60,787 bases of DNA from Candidatus Poseidoniales archaeon (GCA_012959275.1 DUDM01000058.1:367-61153); one strand, 5' to 3'; shown: positions 21,297 to 32,405, counted from the stretch's first letter. The notes: generated by a model not told the origin, from the sequence alone. A program made the numbers and translations.

Positions 21297-22553
21297 TCAA
21301 GCATACTTATTACAAATCTCATTTACTGCAGAAATGAATTCATCTACCTCATGCTCTGTATTGTAGAGCCAATATGAAACCCTATTTGTTGCAGCGATAT
21401 TGAATTTTCTCAATAATGGTTGAGCACAGTGATGGCCGGTTCTAATGGCGAAACCTCTTGCATCTAGAAATGACGCTAAATCATTTGCATGTAGACTTTC
21501 ATGCAAGAATGATACCACTGCGCCATCACCTTCTGCATGTCTTCCGTAAATTTTCATACCTGGGATTTTTCGCAATTCAGCAACGGTTTTTTGGGCCAAA
21601 AATAGCCCATGTTGATGTACACTATCAATATCCCATTGTGCCATCCAATCTATGGCTGCTCCCCAACCTATTGCTTCGGCTATTTTAGGAGTACCAGCCT
21701 CCAACATATGCTCGTTTTCTTGATAAGTAGAATAATCCAAATGAACTTCTCTAATCATATCTCCACCGCCCATGAATGGTTCCATTTGCTGGAATGTTGA
21801 TTCATTTATTATTAGAGCCCCAATACCGGTTGGTCCACCCATCTTATGGGCAGATATTGCCAACATATCAACACCTAATCCTTCAAAGTTGAGGCGATCA
21901 TGAGGGGCCGCTTGGGCTGCATCAAGGATTAATTTTGCACCTGCTTCATGAGTTAGATGTATTATTTCCTCTATCGGATTTCTAACTCCGAGTACATTGG
22001 AAGTATGTACACAAGCAACAAGTTTTGCCCCCTTTACCGCAATTGCAAATGCATCCATATCAAGTTCAAAAGTCTCCAAATCAAATGGAGTCCAGCGAAG
22101 TTCAACTCCTTTTTCCTTAGCCAACATTTGCCATGGAACAATATCGGCATGGTGTTCCATTTCAGTTAAAACAATTACATCTCCTTCAGCAAGATTTGTT
22201 CTTGCCCATGCATGAGCTGCTAAATTGATGGCTTCGGTTGTTCCACTGGTGAAGACCAAACGTGATTGCGTTGCTCCAAACCAATGTTTGAGTTTCAATC
22301 GGCTTTCCTCGTAAGCAGTTGTAGCCTCACTTGCCAAGGTATGGGCGGCCCTGTGAACATTGGCATTGTTATTGCGGTAATATTCACTCATTGCATCAAT
22401 CACTTGCTGAGGCTTTTGTGTAGTAGCAGCATTATCTAAATAGATTAGTTGCTTTCCATCTCCGACTTTCCTTTTTAGGATGGGGAAGTCGTTGCGTGCA
22501 TCTTCTACAGAAAGGGCAATTGGCTCGGGCCAATCATCACTAGACCACGCCAT
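21297..22553 (-). CDS. sufS: Cysteine desulfurase SufS (group II)
   Basis: YLDNAATTQKP, NVHR, EHHAD, SAHKM, RTGHHCAQP. Confidence 0.95.
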   Translation of the reverse strand: MAWSSDDWPEPIALSVEDARNDFPILKRKVGDGKQLIYLDNAATTQKPQQVIDAMSEYYRNNNANVHRAAHTLASEATTAYEESRLKLKHWFGATQSRLVFTSGTTEAINLAAHAWARTNLAEGDVIVLTEMEHHADIVPWQMLAKEKGVELRWTPFDLETFELDMDAFAIAVKGAKLVACVHTSNVLGVRNPIEEIIHLTHEAGAKLILDAAQAAPHDRLNFEGLGVDMLAISAHKMGGPTGIGALIINESTFQQMEPFMGGGDMIREVHLDYSTYQENEHMLEAGTPKIAEAIGWGAAIDWMAQWDIDSVHQHGLFLAQKTVAELRKIPGMKIYGRHAEGDGAVVSFLHESLHANDLASFLDARGFAIRTGHHCAQPLLRKFNIAATNRVSYWLYNTEHEVDEFISAVNEICNKYA

Positions 22554-22558
22554 CTTAA

Positions 22559-23662
22559 CTACTCCAGTAAATTGCAATCTAAATGTATTGTAAGCCTGCC
22601 TTTTAACCAATCACTTATCGAATCACGAGGTGAATTTTTGAAGGCGGCAACAAGAAATCCATTGACGATTAGTCCTTCAGATTCTTCCGCATCCAAGCCT
22701 CTACTCATTAAGTAAAACATTTGGTTGGCATCAAGTGGAGCACTTGCGGCTCCATGTGCGGCACTGACGTCATCAGCCAATACCTCCAACTCAGGAATCG
22801 AATCCGCCCTTGCTTTTTCAGAGAGCAGGAGATTCTTGAATATTTGACTTGCATCACTTCCATCAGCACCCTTGGCTATCGTCAATTTACCTGTCGATAT
22901 TGCTCTACTTTTGTCATCACAAGAACTGTGGATAATTAATTCACTTTGATTATTTCCTACTGGGTGAGTTAGTTGCAAATGGTGGTTATCCTTTCGACTT
23001 CCTTTGCCGTTACTGGCAATGAATTGTTTGTAAGTCGCACCTTTACTGAGACTTCCTCTTAAGTCGCTGCGAACCAATTCTCCACCCAGCGACAGGAGAC
23101 TTGAAGTCGTTGTTGAATCCCTTCCTATATTCCAAGATTCTGCCCTAAGAATAGTACTGAATGGTGATAATGCCTGTTCCATTCCTTCGTGATAATGGCT
23201 GCCATGACCGGTGGTGCCCTCTCTTAGTAATCCAAACCAACCTGCTTCTCCAGAGAGCGACCACATTATCTCGACATCAGAATTATTTCCAACTTCAACT
23301 TGAATATGACTAATTGCTAAATGGCCGCTTGCTCTAATGGACACATGTATTGGGCTTGTAATAATGGTGTTTTCTTCGATGTCTAATTTCCAAGTGCTGC
23401 CGTCACAAGCAGCCAGTAAAAATGCCACTGCTTTATCGTCGTGCTGAAATGATGAATTACCATTTGAAACCGTTTTGGTGAGTGAGATTCCAGATTCTAG
23501 TTCTGACCCATTCATCATCGAAATAGTTACTTCGGCTTCTAAGAAGTCATCTGGTACTTCATTTAATTTTCCAGTTGGATGAAGTTTCTTCCAAGGAGTA
23601 TACTTCCATGCATGGATAGCCTGAGATGGAATCTCCAATGTTTCATAGAATGACTTGCTCAT
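22559..23662 (-). CDS. sufD: Fe-S assembly protein SufD
   Basis: WKYT, LLLSEKARADSIPELEVLADDVSAAHGA, FYLMSRG. Confidence 0.9.
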   Translation of the reverse strand: MSKSFYETLEIPSQAIHAWKYTPWKKLHPTGKLNEVPDDFLEAEVTISMMNGSELESGISLTKTVSNGNSSFQHDDKAVAFLLAACDGSTWKLDIEENTIITSPIHVSIRASGHLAISHIQVEVGNNSDVEIMWSLSGEAGWFGLLREGTTGHGSHYHEGMEQALSPFSTILRAESWNIGRDSTTTSSLLSLGGELVRSDLRGSLSKGATYKQFIASNGKGSRKDNHHLQLTHPVGNNQSELIIHSSCDDKSRAISTGKLTIAKGADGSDASQIFKNLLLSEKARADSIPELEVLADDVSAAHGAASAPLDANQMFYLMSRGLDAEESEGLIVNGFLVAAFKNSPRDSISDWLKGRLTIHLDCNLLE

Positions 23663-23677
23663 GAGCCCACCCGCACT

Positions 23678-25084
23678 TCATCCAATGCTGCCTTCCATTT
23701 CCATTTCCAGTAACTTATTCAGTTCACTAGCATATTCTAATGGAAGTTCTTTGGTGAAAGGTTCAAAGAAACCGTTGATAATCATCCCCATTGCTTGCTC
23801 TTCAGTATGTCCTCGACTCATCAAGTAGAATAATTGTTCACCTGAGACTTTGGAAACGCTTGCTTCGTGTTCAACGACACAACTTTGGTTGGATACCTCC
23901 ATTGTTGGATAAGTATCTGAGCGGCTATCTTCATCGAGCAACAAAGCATCACATACAACACTCACTTTACAATTATGCGCTTTCGGTGAAACTTTGACTA
24001 ATCCACGATAAGAAGAACGGCCTCCGTTTTTAGATATCGATTTTGCTAGAATTCTACTGGTAGTATTAGGTGCTAAATGATGGACCTTACTGCCGGCATC
24101 TTGGTGCTGTCCCTCTCCAGAATATGCTACGGATATGACTTCTGCATGGGCGCCCTCTTCCTTTAAGATGACAGCAGGATACTTCATTGTCAAGCGAGAA
24201 CCGATATTGCCATCAACCCATTCAATTGTTGAGTTTCGGTAAGCAACCCCACGCTTGGTCACTAAATTATAGACATTGGTTGACCAGTTTTGGACGGTTG
24301 AATATCTAATATGCGATCCTTCTTCAGCGATTAATTCAACTACTGCTGAATGCAGAGAATCTGTGGAGTAAGTTGGGGCTGTACATCCCTCGATATAGTG
24401 GACACTACTCCCAGGTCTTGCGATTATCAAAGTCCGTTCAAATTGACCCATGTTCTTTGCATTGATTCTGAAATATGCCTGCACTGGCATTTCCACGTGC
24501 ACCCCTTCAGGAATGATAAGGAATGAACCTCCTGACCAAACTGCGGTATTTAGAGCAGAGAACTTATTGTCGCTATATGGGACTACACTACCGAAGTATT
24601 CCTTGACTACATCTTCATATTCTCTTAAACCACTATCCATGTCCAAGAACACAACTCCTTGTTCTTCTAAATCTTCACGGATGCTGTGATAAACCACTTC
24701 TGATTCATATTGAGCGGTTACTCCGCCAAGCCATTTTTGCTCAGCATCAGGAATACCCAATCTCTCGAAAGTGTTCTTTATGTCTTCAGGTACTTCGTCC
24801 CAATCAGTTTCAGAACCTTTGCTGGACTTTAGGTAATAGCATACTTTCTCAAAATCAATGCTATTCAACATCTCACTATTTCCCCAATCTGGCATTGGAC
24901 GGGAGATGAAGTGCTTGAATGCCTTAACTCGAATATCAGTCATCCATTGAGGTTCATTCTTCAATTCGCTGATATCCCTGACTACTTGTTCGGAAAGTCC
25001 GAAATCAAAGCGTATAGTTGCATTTTCTGGGTCATGAAAACCATAGCGATAATCACCAACAGCATCCCTTGCATCCTGACTCAT
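23678..25084 (-). CDS. sufB: Fe-S scaffold SufB
   Basis: GQFERTLII, YIEGCTAP, LHSAVVE, HEASVSK, EMEGSIG. Confidence 0.97.
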   Translation of the reverse strand: MSQDARDAVGDYRYGFHDPENATIRFDFGLSEQVVRDISELKNEPQWMTDIRVKAFKHFISRPMPDWGNSEMLNSIDFEKVCYYLKSSKGSETDWDEVPEDIKNTFERLGIPDAEQKWLGGVTAQYESEVVYHSIREDLEEQGVVFLDMDSGLREYEDVVKEYFGSVVPYSDNKFSALNTAVWSGGSFLIIPEGVHVEMPVQAYFRINAKNMGQFERTLIIARPGSSVHYIEGCTAPTYSTDSLHSAVVELIAEEGSHIRYSTVQNWSTNVYNLVTKRGVAYRNSTIEWVDGNIGSRLTMKYPAVILKEEGAHAEVISVAYSGEGQHQDAGSKVHHLAPNTTSRILAKSISKNGGRSSYRGLVKVSPKAHNCKVSVVCDALLLDEDSRSDTYPTMEVSNQSCVVEHEASVSKVSGEQLFYLMSRGHTEEQAMGMIINGFFEPFTKELPLEYASELNKLLEMEMEGSIG

Positions 25085-25095
25085 ATTTATCCCCC

Positions 25096-25848
25096 CTATG
25101 CATTTGTTGGCTCAAGCCAATCATAGCCCTTATCCTCGACTTGAATTGCAAGTTCTGGGCCGCCTTCTTTGACTATTCTACCATCTATCATGACATGTAC
25201 ATGTGATGGTTTAACATGGTCAAGGAGTCTTTGATAATGAGTAATCACCAAACATGCTGCATCATCAGAGATGCTGTTGATTCCATCTGCAACCATCCTA
25301 AGAGCGTCTATATCAAGTCCAGAATCAGTTTCATCTAGCATCGCTAATTTGGGTTTGAGCAAGAGCATCTGAAGGATTTCCAACCTCTTCTTTTCGCCAC
25401 CTGAAAAACCGTCATTAACATATCTTCCCAAAAACGAATTTTCAACCCCAAGGATTTTCATCGCAACTTTCATTTCATCTCTTAACTCACGATTGGTAGG
25501 ACAATCCTCTTTGCGTACTGCCTGAACTGATTTTCTCAAGAAGGTACCAACTTGTACCCCCGGAATTGCTTGTGGATATTGGAATGAAAGGAACATCCCT
25601 GCCCTTGCTCTTTCAAAAACTTCAAGTTCATCCAAAGGAATTCCATTGAAATGAATATTACCCTGAGTAATTTCATAGGATGGATGGCCCATCAATACGT
25701 TTGCAAGAGTCGATTTCCCTGCCCCGTTTCTTCCCATGAGGGCATGAACCTCTCCCTTCTTAATTTCCAACGATAAACCCTTGATGACCGTAGTGCCCTC
25801 CACTGAAACGTGTAGGTCAGAAATACTGAGTACGCAACTAGTAGGCAT
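25096..25848 (-). CDS. sufC: Fe-S assembly ATPase SufC
   Basis: GRNGAGKST, FSGGEKKR, LDETDSGLDID, ITHYQRLL. Confidence 0.97.
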   Translation of the reverse strand: MPTSCVLSISDLHVSVEGTTVIKGLSLEIKKGEVHALMGRNGAGKSTLANVLMGHPSYEITQGNIHFNGIPLDELEVFERARAGMFLSFQYPQAIPGVQVGTFLRKSVQAVRKEDCPTNRELRDEMKVAMKILGVENSFLGRYVNDGFSGGEKKRLEILQMLLLKPKLAMLDETDSGLDIDALRMVADGINSISDDAACLVITHYQRLLDHVKPSHVHVMIDGRIVKEGGPELAIQVEDKGYDWLEPTNA

Positions 25849-25902
25849 GTTCTCAAGATGAGGGGCAAGAATACCCTTCATCAAACTGTGCATTGAATAG
25901 AT

Positions 25903-26358
25903 TCACACAAAATCCACATTTCCATGGGCTAGAATGAACTCTCTTCCCAAGTCATCGAATGTATCCAATAAGGCAACACTGAATTTTATTAGCGATATTT
26001 CTTCATCGGCCTCAAGGTCTTCTTTAACTCCTGACAAGGTCCCAGGGGCAGCCCCACAAGACAAACAAGCTCCTGTTAGGTCGAGTACAAGGTCTAGTCC
26101 TTCAGTTGTATGTGAATGACTTACTAAGGCAATCCCTCCTCCATGTCCATCCAATGCTGCTGCTACTGGACCCAAGCGGACAAAACAGGCTTTGATGAAA
26201 GTTTCAACGTCTTCATCAACTAATATTTTCAATGAGGCTGCCTGCAACCGAATCCGCTCAATTGCAGGAATTGATTTCTCAAGCCGCTTTTTTGCCTCGA
26301 TACGGACGGACTCCTCTGCCTCTGCCCGATAGCGAGCAGCCAAGTCATCCTGTTCCAT
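25903..26358 (-). CDS. NifU C-terminal (Nfu) domain protein
   Basis: HGGGIAL...LTGACLSCG (CxxC); lies upstream of sufC. Confidence 0.8.
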   Translation of the reverse strand: MEQDDLAARYRAEAEESVRIEAKKRLEKSIPAIERIRLQAASLKILVDEDVETFIKACFVRLGPVAAALDGHGGGIALVSHSHTTEGLDLVLDLTGACLSCGAAPGTLSGVKEDLEADEEISLIKFSVALLDTFDDLGREFILAHGNVDFV

Positions 26359-26384
26359 AGGCAATGCTGTATGGCCACCACTAT

Positions 26385-27053
26385 TCAACTGATGTCATCA
26401 AGCCTTTTTCTTAGACTATCTGCCATAGTTTTCTCTACTGCCCTCAAGTGACCTGCGACGGTTGATCTTGAAAGGTCCAAATCTCTTGCAATTTCTACCA
26501 GACTAGTTTTGCGAGGTGAATCATAATATCCCGCTGAATGTGCGTTTCGAAAAACATTGGATTGAGATTCACTTAGCAATCCAGCCATTTCAGCAAAATT
26601 ATCTTCTTCTGTATCCACAAATGAAATACTAGTTGGTGCTTTCCATGCTTTAAAGCCCTTGACCATATTGCTTACTCCAGATGGTGCTCCTCTAACTATC
26701 AGAGTTGCACCTTGAATGCCAAATTCCGAACCAGGCATTACAACTGCATCTTCAATATGCTTTCCAATCAGCACCAAATCATGGCTATTTTGAACCATCA
26801 GAGTATAGACATCATCACCATTTAGCCTGCGTTGGTGGAGATTTGTTTCCACCTCAAAGAAAAACACTTCTGATAAGTCATCGAGAGTTTTTCCATCTTG
26901 TAGGATAATTTCCACAACTTGTCGTATCCAATTCTCTTCCCACTCATGGTAAAGTGTTGCCTTTAGCACTACTTTTTTGACAATTTGGAACAATTCCTTG
27001 AAGTTTGAACTTAAAATCGCTGCGGGGCTGTATCTCATCCTAACCTCGCGCAT
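26385..27053 (-). CDS. Bat-type (HTH_10) transcriptional regulator
   Basis: C-terminal LSESQ...GYYDSPRKTSLVEIARDLDLSRSTVAGHLRAVE. Confidence 0.88.
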   Translation of the reverse strand: MREVRMRYSPAAILSSNFKELFQIVKKVVLKATLYHEWEENWIRQVVEIILQDGKTLDDLSEVFFFEVETNLHQRRLNGDDVYTLMVQNSHDLVLIGKHIEDAVVMPGSEFGIQGATLIVRGAPSGVSNMVKGFKAWKAPTSISFVDTEEDNFAEMAGLLSESQSNVFRNAHSAGYYDSPRKTSLVEIARDLDLSRSTVAGHLRAVEKTMADSLRKRLDDIS

Positions 27054-27141
27054 GGTCAATGATTTCTCATCTTTTATTCAACACTTGCCCAAACGAGCAC
27101 TACCGAAGCGGCATTGAAGGAGATACTTGCCGCAATGATTT

Positions 27142-29343
27142 ATGGTACCCAAAAATGTGGATGACCCGAAGCCCTGTCGGGAGCAAGATTTGGGTAAATT
27201 TGAAGTCATACATAGGGATGGTATAGCCAAGTTAGGGCGGTTACATACCGCTCATGGTCCACTCCATACCCCCGCTCTTCTGCCGGTGATAAACCCAAAT
27301 ATACGGACGATTGAGCCACGGGAGTTATGGGATAATTGGGGTATTGAAGGGCTTATCACAAATTCATATATTATATGGAAACATGAAAAATTAAGTGTTC
27401 CCGCACAAAAATTGGGAGTTCACAAATTACTTGATTTTCCAGGAGTTATAGTCTGTGACTCTGGCACATTCCAATCCTACATCTATGGGGATGTAGAGGT
27501 TGGAGTTGAAGAGATAATAGAGTTTCAAAAATCCATTGGAGTCGATGTTGCGACCATGCTCGATGTCTTTGGTCGACCTGATATGACACGTCAACAGATG
27601 ATGGAGGCGGTTGAAACTACCATCGAAAGGGCTGAACCTTCCATCAATGCTGCAGAAGGTATGATGCTAAATGGGCCAATTCAAGGTGGCCTAGAATGGG
27701 ATTTAAGGCAGCGCTCCGCTCAACAAATGTCAAAGTATGACTTTGCAATTCACCCAATAGGTGGAATCGTTCCTATAATGGAACAGCACCGATATTTGGA
27801 ATTGACAAAAATAATGTTAGCATCTATACCGCACTTACCAGCCAGTCGTCCAGTGCACCTCTTTGGTTGTGGGCATCCAATGTTATTCCCGATGGCTGTA
27901 GCATTAGGGGCTGACCTCTTTGACTCGGCGGCTTATGCATTATTTGCCAAGGATGACAGATTATTGTTGCCTTGGGGTACAGTCAAATTAGAAAATCTAG
28001 AATATTGGCCATTGCTCACACCTAGCCTTCATGGTTGGACTCCTTCGCAAGTGCGAGATTTAGGCAAGGAGGAGAGAACTGCTTTACTTGCAAGATTCAA
28101 TATGGATGTTACTGTTGCAGAGTTAAATCGCTGTAGACAGGCAGTAAAAGATGGCACCATATGGGAATTAACCGAAATGCGAAGCCATCAACATCCGGCA
28201 TTAAGAGAAGCTTATCAGTGGTTAATTACCGCGCCAAGTGAAAATTTTGGCTTCCATAACGATGATGGATTAGTACTCAGTGAAAGTGATGCAAGTAGAG
28301 AGCACGGTAGCGAATACGGCATCTGGGAAGGAGCCTGGGAATGGGTGATTGATTCAACTTCGCAACAACGAGATGGTGGCGTAAGTTGGCTTGGTCCAGA
28401 AAGCCACGAACGGCCGTGGGTAGAGGTCGCCCGTCGCCTTCTCCATAGTCGTTGGAGAACTTCAACACAAAGTGAAGAAGTTTTGATTCTTCATGGCCGC
28501 TCAGGTCCATGGCGGGATAGGATCGGGAATATAGTTTGTAGAATCAAAGCGAAAATGCCTGATTTGGAAGTCCTAATCCAAACTCCCTTTGGATTACTTC
28601 CTTGGTCGCTGGAAGACGTCAATCCATTTGCCCATGTTGAAGGCCCAAGTTGGTTACATAGGCGCAGACCAGATTTACGCTGGTGCGCTAATGAGTTATC
28701 CCGACTTGGATTATCAGGAAAGAAAATAATTCTCTTTGACATGGCAACTGCGGACATGAAGGAGACGTTGAAAGAAGCGCTACCAAGTTTGACATTGGAT
28801 GCAGATACTGATGAATTGGTAGTCTTTGAATTAGAAAGAGAACAGGCTATTTCCAAACTCTCTCTCTTTGCAAACATCCATGCAGAAGTTTGTCGTAATG
28901 CATTGACAGGGTGTCAGTTCATTCACAGTCGTACCCGTAGAGTGAAGAATATCTTGCTCCAAGATGGTAGGCACATCGCATCTCCCCGCCTAACTGATGG
29001 TGGCCTTAGTCTAACAGAAGTAGGGGCCAAATGGGCCCATAATTTGCGTACTGCCCCTGTACCTGCGGGTTTTGAATGTCAGAGAATTGAAGAAAATGTT
29101 TCACAAGGTCCACCTTGGGTAGTAATTGAGGATGATGCCGTTCCATTCATCAGAGATGGGCGCAATGTATTCCATGGATTTATTACCGCTGTTGATGCTT
29201 GGTTAAGACCTGGGGCTTCTTGTTTGATTGTCAATTCCAAAGGTGAACTTATTGCTCATGGAATCAGCAAGGCGGCACCAAAAGAAATGGCTGAATTGAA
29301 AAAAGGTATTGCGGTTCGAACGAGAGATGGAATCAAGGTCTGA
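27142..29343 (+). CDS. tgtA: Archaeosine tRNA-guanine(15) transglycosylase with PUA domain
   Basis: TPALLPVINP, ITNSYII, DSGTFQ, HLFGCGHP, DLFDSAAY; C-terminal PUA (GRNVF...KGIAVRTR). Confidence 0.93.
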   Translation: MVPKNVDDPKPCREQDLGKFEVIHRDGIAKLGRLHTAHGPLHTPALLPVINPNIRTIEPRELWDNWGIEGLITNSYIIWKHEKLSVPAQKLGVHKLLDFPGVIVCDSGTFQSYIYGDVEVGVEEIIEFQKSIGVDVATMLDVFGRPDMTRQQMMEAVETTIERAEPSINAAEGMMLNGPIQGGLEWDLRQRSAQQMSKYDFAIHPIGGIVPIMEQHRYLELTKIMLASIPHLPASRPVHLFGCGHPMLFPMAVALGADLFDSAAYALFAKDDRLLLPWGTVKLENLEYWPLLTPSLHGWTPSQVRDLGKEERTALLARFNMDVTVAELNRCRQAVKDGTIWELTEMRSHQHPALREAYQWLITAPSENFGFHNDDGLVLSESDASREHGSEYGIWEGAWEWVIDSTSQQRDGGVSWLGPESHERPWVEVARRLLHSRWRTSTQSEEVLILHGRSGPWRDRIGNIVCRIKAKMPDLEVLIQTPFGLLPWSLEDVNPFAHVEGPSWLHRRRPDLRWCANELSRLGLSGKKIILFDMATADMKETLKEALPSLTLDADTDELVVFELEREQAISKLSLFANIHAEVCRNALTGCQFIHSRTRRVKNILLQDGRHIASPRLTDGGLSLTEVGAKWAHNLRTAPVPAGFECQRIEENVSQGPPWVVIEDDAVPFIRDGRNVFHGFITAVDAWLRPGASCLIVNSKGELIAHGISKAAPKEMAELKKGIAVRTRDGIKV

Positions 29344-29407
29344 GGCCATACGAGCAGATGAAAATTTGAAGGTGTATGGCAGACCACGGCAAAATAGGGT
29401 GGCTGCA

Positions 29408-30406
29408 ATGGTGGAAAATGTCATCCAAACTAATTCATTGACTAAAGCCTACGGACCACACATTGCCTTGGATTCTATGAACCTCAAGGTACAGCATGGA
29501 GCAACCGGCTTACTTGGCCCGAATGGAGCCGGAAAATCCACCCTCATCAAGACCCTCCTCGGATTGATTACAGCAACAGAAGGGGAAGGGGAAGTTCTAG
29601 GTTTCAACATACGAACAGAAGGAGAGGAAATTCGCAAAAGAATTGGCTATATGCCAGAATATGATTGCCTCGACCCAAGATTGAGTGCGGTTGACCAAAT
29701 CAAATACTCTGGTGAATTACTTGGAATGAATCCAAGCGTTGCAACTCAACGAGCCCATGAGGTTTTGGAATATGTGGGCCTGAGGGACCAAAGATATCGC
29801 GAGATCGGTACTTTTTCAACCGGTATGGCTCAAGCAGCAAAACTTGCTACTTCGATCATCCATGACCCGCAATTACTGATTGCCGATGAACCAACCAATG
29901 GTCTTGATACTCAAGCCCGTGATTTCATGTTAGGTACAGTCACACAAATTGTTCAGGAAGGTGGTCGCAGCATGTTGATGGCAAGCCACTTAATGGATGA
30001 TGTAGAGAAAGTATGTTCGCGTATTGTAATGCTACACAAGGGTAAATTAATCGCCCAAGGAAGAATTGAGGACCTCAAAGGCATTGACCAAGAAATAGAA
30101 GTTCATGCCTGGGGTGGAGCCACAAAACTAGAACAAGAATTGAATAATTCAGGTTTGAAAGTCAGAAGAACAGGTAGAGTTTTGCGAATCATCAAAGACG
30201 ATGATGATGCCTATTCAACTATTGTTGAAGCAGCAACAAAGACAGGTTGCCAAATACGCAGAATGCATGACCATGAACCGAGTCTCGAAGATCTTTTTCT
30301 CGTAATCATGGAACGACTTGGTTATGAGGTGAAAAGTTCAGAGGACCTACTCGCAACTGGTCCAAGTGCTCGTAAAGTTGATGCCCCAGAGGAGTTGAAG
30401 GGATGA
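29408..30406 (+). CDS. ABC-2 exporter ATP-binding subunit
   Basis: GPNGAGKST, FSTGM, ADEPTNGLD, SHLM. Confidence 0.93.
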   Translation: MVENVIQTNSLTKAYGPHIALDSMNLKVQHGATGLLGPNGAGKSTLIKTLLGLITATEGEGEVLGFNIRTEGEEIRKRIGYMPEYDCLDPRLSAVDQIKYSGELLGMNPSVATQRAHEVLEYVGLRDQRYREIGTFSTGMAQAAKLATSIIHDPQLLIADEPTNGLDTQARDFMLGTVTQIVQEGGRSMLMASHLMDDVEKVCSRIVMLHKGKLIAQGRIEDLKGIDQEIEVHAWGGATKLEQELNNSGLKVRRTGRVLRIIKDDDDAYSTIVEAATKTGCQIRRMHDHEPSLEDLFLVIMERLGYEVKSSEDLLATGPSARKVDAPEELKG

Positions 30407-31428
30407 GCGAGGATGTCGATGCAGAATTCCTCGGCCAAGAGGGCTTAGCAGTCACTGGCAAGGCTCGTATGGAAGCCGCTTACGGGTCAGGAGATGGTGA
30501 TGAGGAATTAACCGCCCAAGTTGCTCAGTCAAGTGTTGTTGGGGGAACAATCTTTGAGCAAAAATACCGGCCATGGAGGGGTGAATTAAACCCTCGCTGG
30601 ATGAGAAATTGGTCTATACTTAGGCATCATTTACTAGGCATCGTAAAGAAAGGACACAAGCCATGGGGCTGGCCAATGAGGATGGCGCTACTATCCTGCT
30701 TCTTTGTGGCGATGGGAGACCTTAGCCTAGCATTCCTAGGAACAGTGATTGGAGATAGCGATATTTATCGCTTATTCGGCGTTAGTCGAGGAAATCTCTA
30801 CGGGCATGTTCTAGGGTTTTTCCCTCGTAATGCTATTTGCTTTCCAGTTATAACGGCGCTATTAATTGGGGGAATGATAAGTGACGATAGGCGCCACGGC
30901 ACTAGTGCTGTGTATTTTTCAAGACCTATTAATAGACGCGATTATACTGCTATGAAATTCATCTCAATAGCGGTAATATTGGGACTCCTAATTGTCGGCA
31001 CACTAGTACTTTATTACGTTGGAGATATATTGATGAGAGGCGAAGGCTGGGCTTGGTTGATAGATACATTTCCTGCCTTTTTATTAGCGGCATTAGCGGG
31101 AACGATTCTAGTTTTTACCTACACTAGTATTGGCCTTGCTCTTTCTAGCGTTAGCCAAGGGCGCTTCTTCCCTGCTGTCGCATTCATGGCGATTATTCTT
31201 GGTAGCAAATTGCTTGCCTTCCTTGTTTGGCAATTATTTGAACGAAGCGTCATCTATCTGATTTCTCCATATGATGTTGTTGCACATATTGGACAATCAT
31301 TATTGGGATTATCATCTGATTATTCCCACCCTTGGACATGGAGTTTGGTGTCAATGTTATTGATGAATGCAACCGCTCTCTATGTACTAACTTCTCGAAT
31401 CGCCTCAATGGAGGTTAGCAGAGAATGA
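30403..31428 (+). CDS. ABC-2 type permease
   Basis: Six TM helices; ISDDRRHG...YFSRPINRRDY..MK motif; ATGA overlaps at both ends. Confidence 0.88.
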   Translation: MSEDVDAEFLGQEGLAVTGKARMEAAYGSGDGDEELTAQVAQSSVVGGTIFEQKYRPWRGELNPRWMRNWSILRHHLLGIVKKGHKPWGWPMRMALLSCFFVAMGDLSLAFLGTVIGDSDIYRLFGVSRGNLYGHVLGFFPRNAICFPVITALLIGGMISDDRRHGTSAVYFSRPINRRDYTAMKFISIAVILGLLIVGTLVLYYVGDILMRGEGWAWLIDTFPAFLLAALAGTILVFTYTSIGLALSSVSQGRFFPAVAFMAIILGSKLLAFLVWQLFERSVIYLISPYDVVAHIGQSLLGLSSDYSHPWTWSLVSMLLMNATALYVLTSRIASMEVSRE

Positions 31429-32405
31429 TTCCTGATATGTCCCAGCAAGGGGGGGATGAGCCAATTGCGCAAGCAGATTCCCCAGCCATTTTACTTGACC
31501 ATGTCAGCAAATGGTATGGTCAAGTCGTTGGATTAAATGATGTTAGTATCGCAATTAGTGGAGGGGTTACTGGTGTCCTTGGAATGAATGGTGCAGGGAA
31601 ATCTACCCTTTTCAAATTATTATGCGGACGAATTAAACCCAATCAAGGAACTCTTCGTTTATTTGGAATTAATCCGTGGCAAAGCACTTCGCCATTTTCA
31701 AAAATCGGTTATGTTTCGGAATCTGAACGCCTCCATGATTGGATGACTGGGCTTGAATTTGTATCCACATTCGCAAGACTGCATGGTTTGAGCCGAGAAG
31801 AAGCAGTGAAACAAGCAGAAAGAGTTATCGAATTCGTTGGCTTAACTGATGTAATGAATAAAAGAATTGGCAAATACAGCAAAGGAATGAGGCAACGGAT
31901 AAAAATCGCCCACGCTTTGGTTAATGACCCTGAACTTATCATCCTCGACGAGCCTTTGCAAGGGTGCGACCCATTGGCTAGAACTACTATAATGAATGTC
32001 ATAAGAGAACTTGGAGCACAAGGAAGAACAGTTCTCGTCAGTAGCCATATTCTTCAAGAAATTGAGAGAATAACAGAACAAATAGTGATTCTCCACAGAG
32101 GCCGCCTATTGGCATTAGGAAACTTACATGCCATCCGCTCAATGCTAGATGAACACCCTCATAGTATCAGGTTGACCTGTGATAATCCTCGCGGTATTGC
32201 CCACGCACTGGTTGAAAATGATTTAGTTGATGGTTTAGTTTTTGAAAGTGATGAATCATTGGTCATTAAAACCCACCACTTAGGAGACATGCACGCACAA
32301 CTACCCGCGGTAATTCATGAAAGTGGAGTTCGAGTTACCGGCATTGATAACCCCGATGACAATCTTGAATCTATCCTCCAATACTTGACGCGAGGTGATT
32401 CATAA
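31425..32405 (+). CDS. ABC-2 exporter ATP-binding subunit 2
   Basis: GMNGAGKST, YSKGMRQR, LDEPLQGCD, SSHIL. Confidence 0.93.
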   Translation: MIPDMSQQGGDEPIAQADSPAILLDHVSKWYGQVVGLNDVSIAISGGVTGVLGMNGAGKSTLFKLLCGRIKPNQGTLRLFGINPWQSTSPFSKIGYVSESERLHDWMTGLEFVSTFARLHGLSREEAVKQAERVIEFVGLTDVMNKRIGKYSKGMRQRIKIAHALVNDPELIILDEPLQGCDPLARTTIMNVIRELGAQGRTVLVSSHILQEIERITEQIVILHRGRLLALGNLHAIRSMLDEHPHSIRLTCDNPRGIAHALVENDLVDGLVFESDESLVIKTHHLGDMHAQLPAVIHESGVRVTGIDNPDDNLESILQYLTRGDS

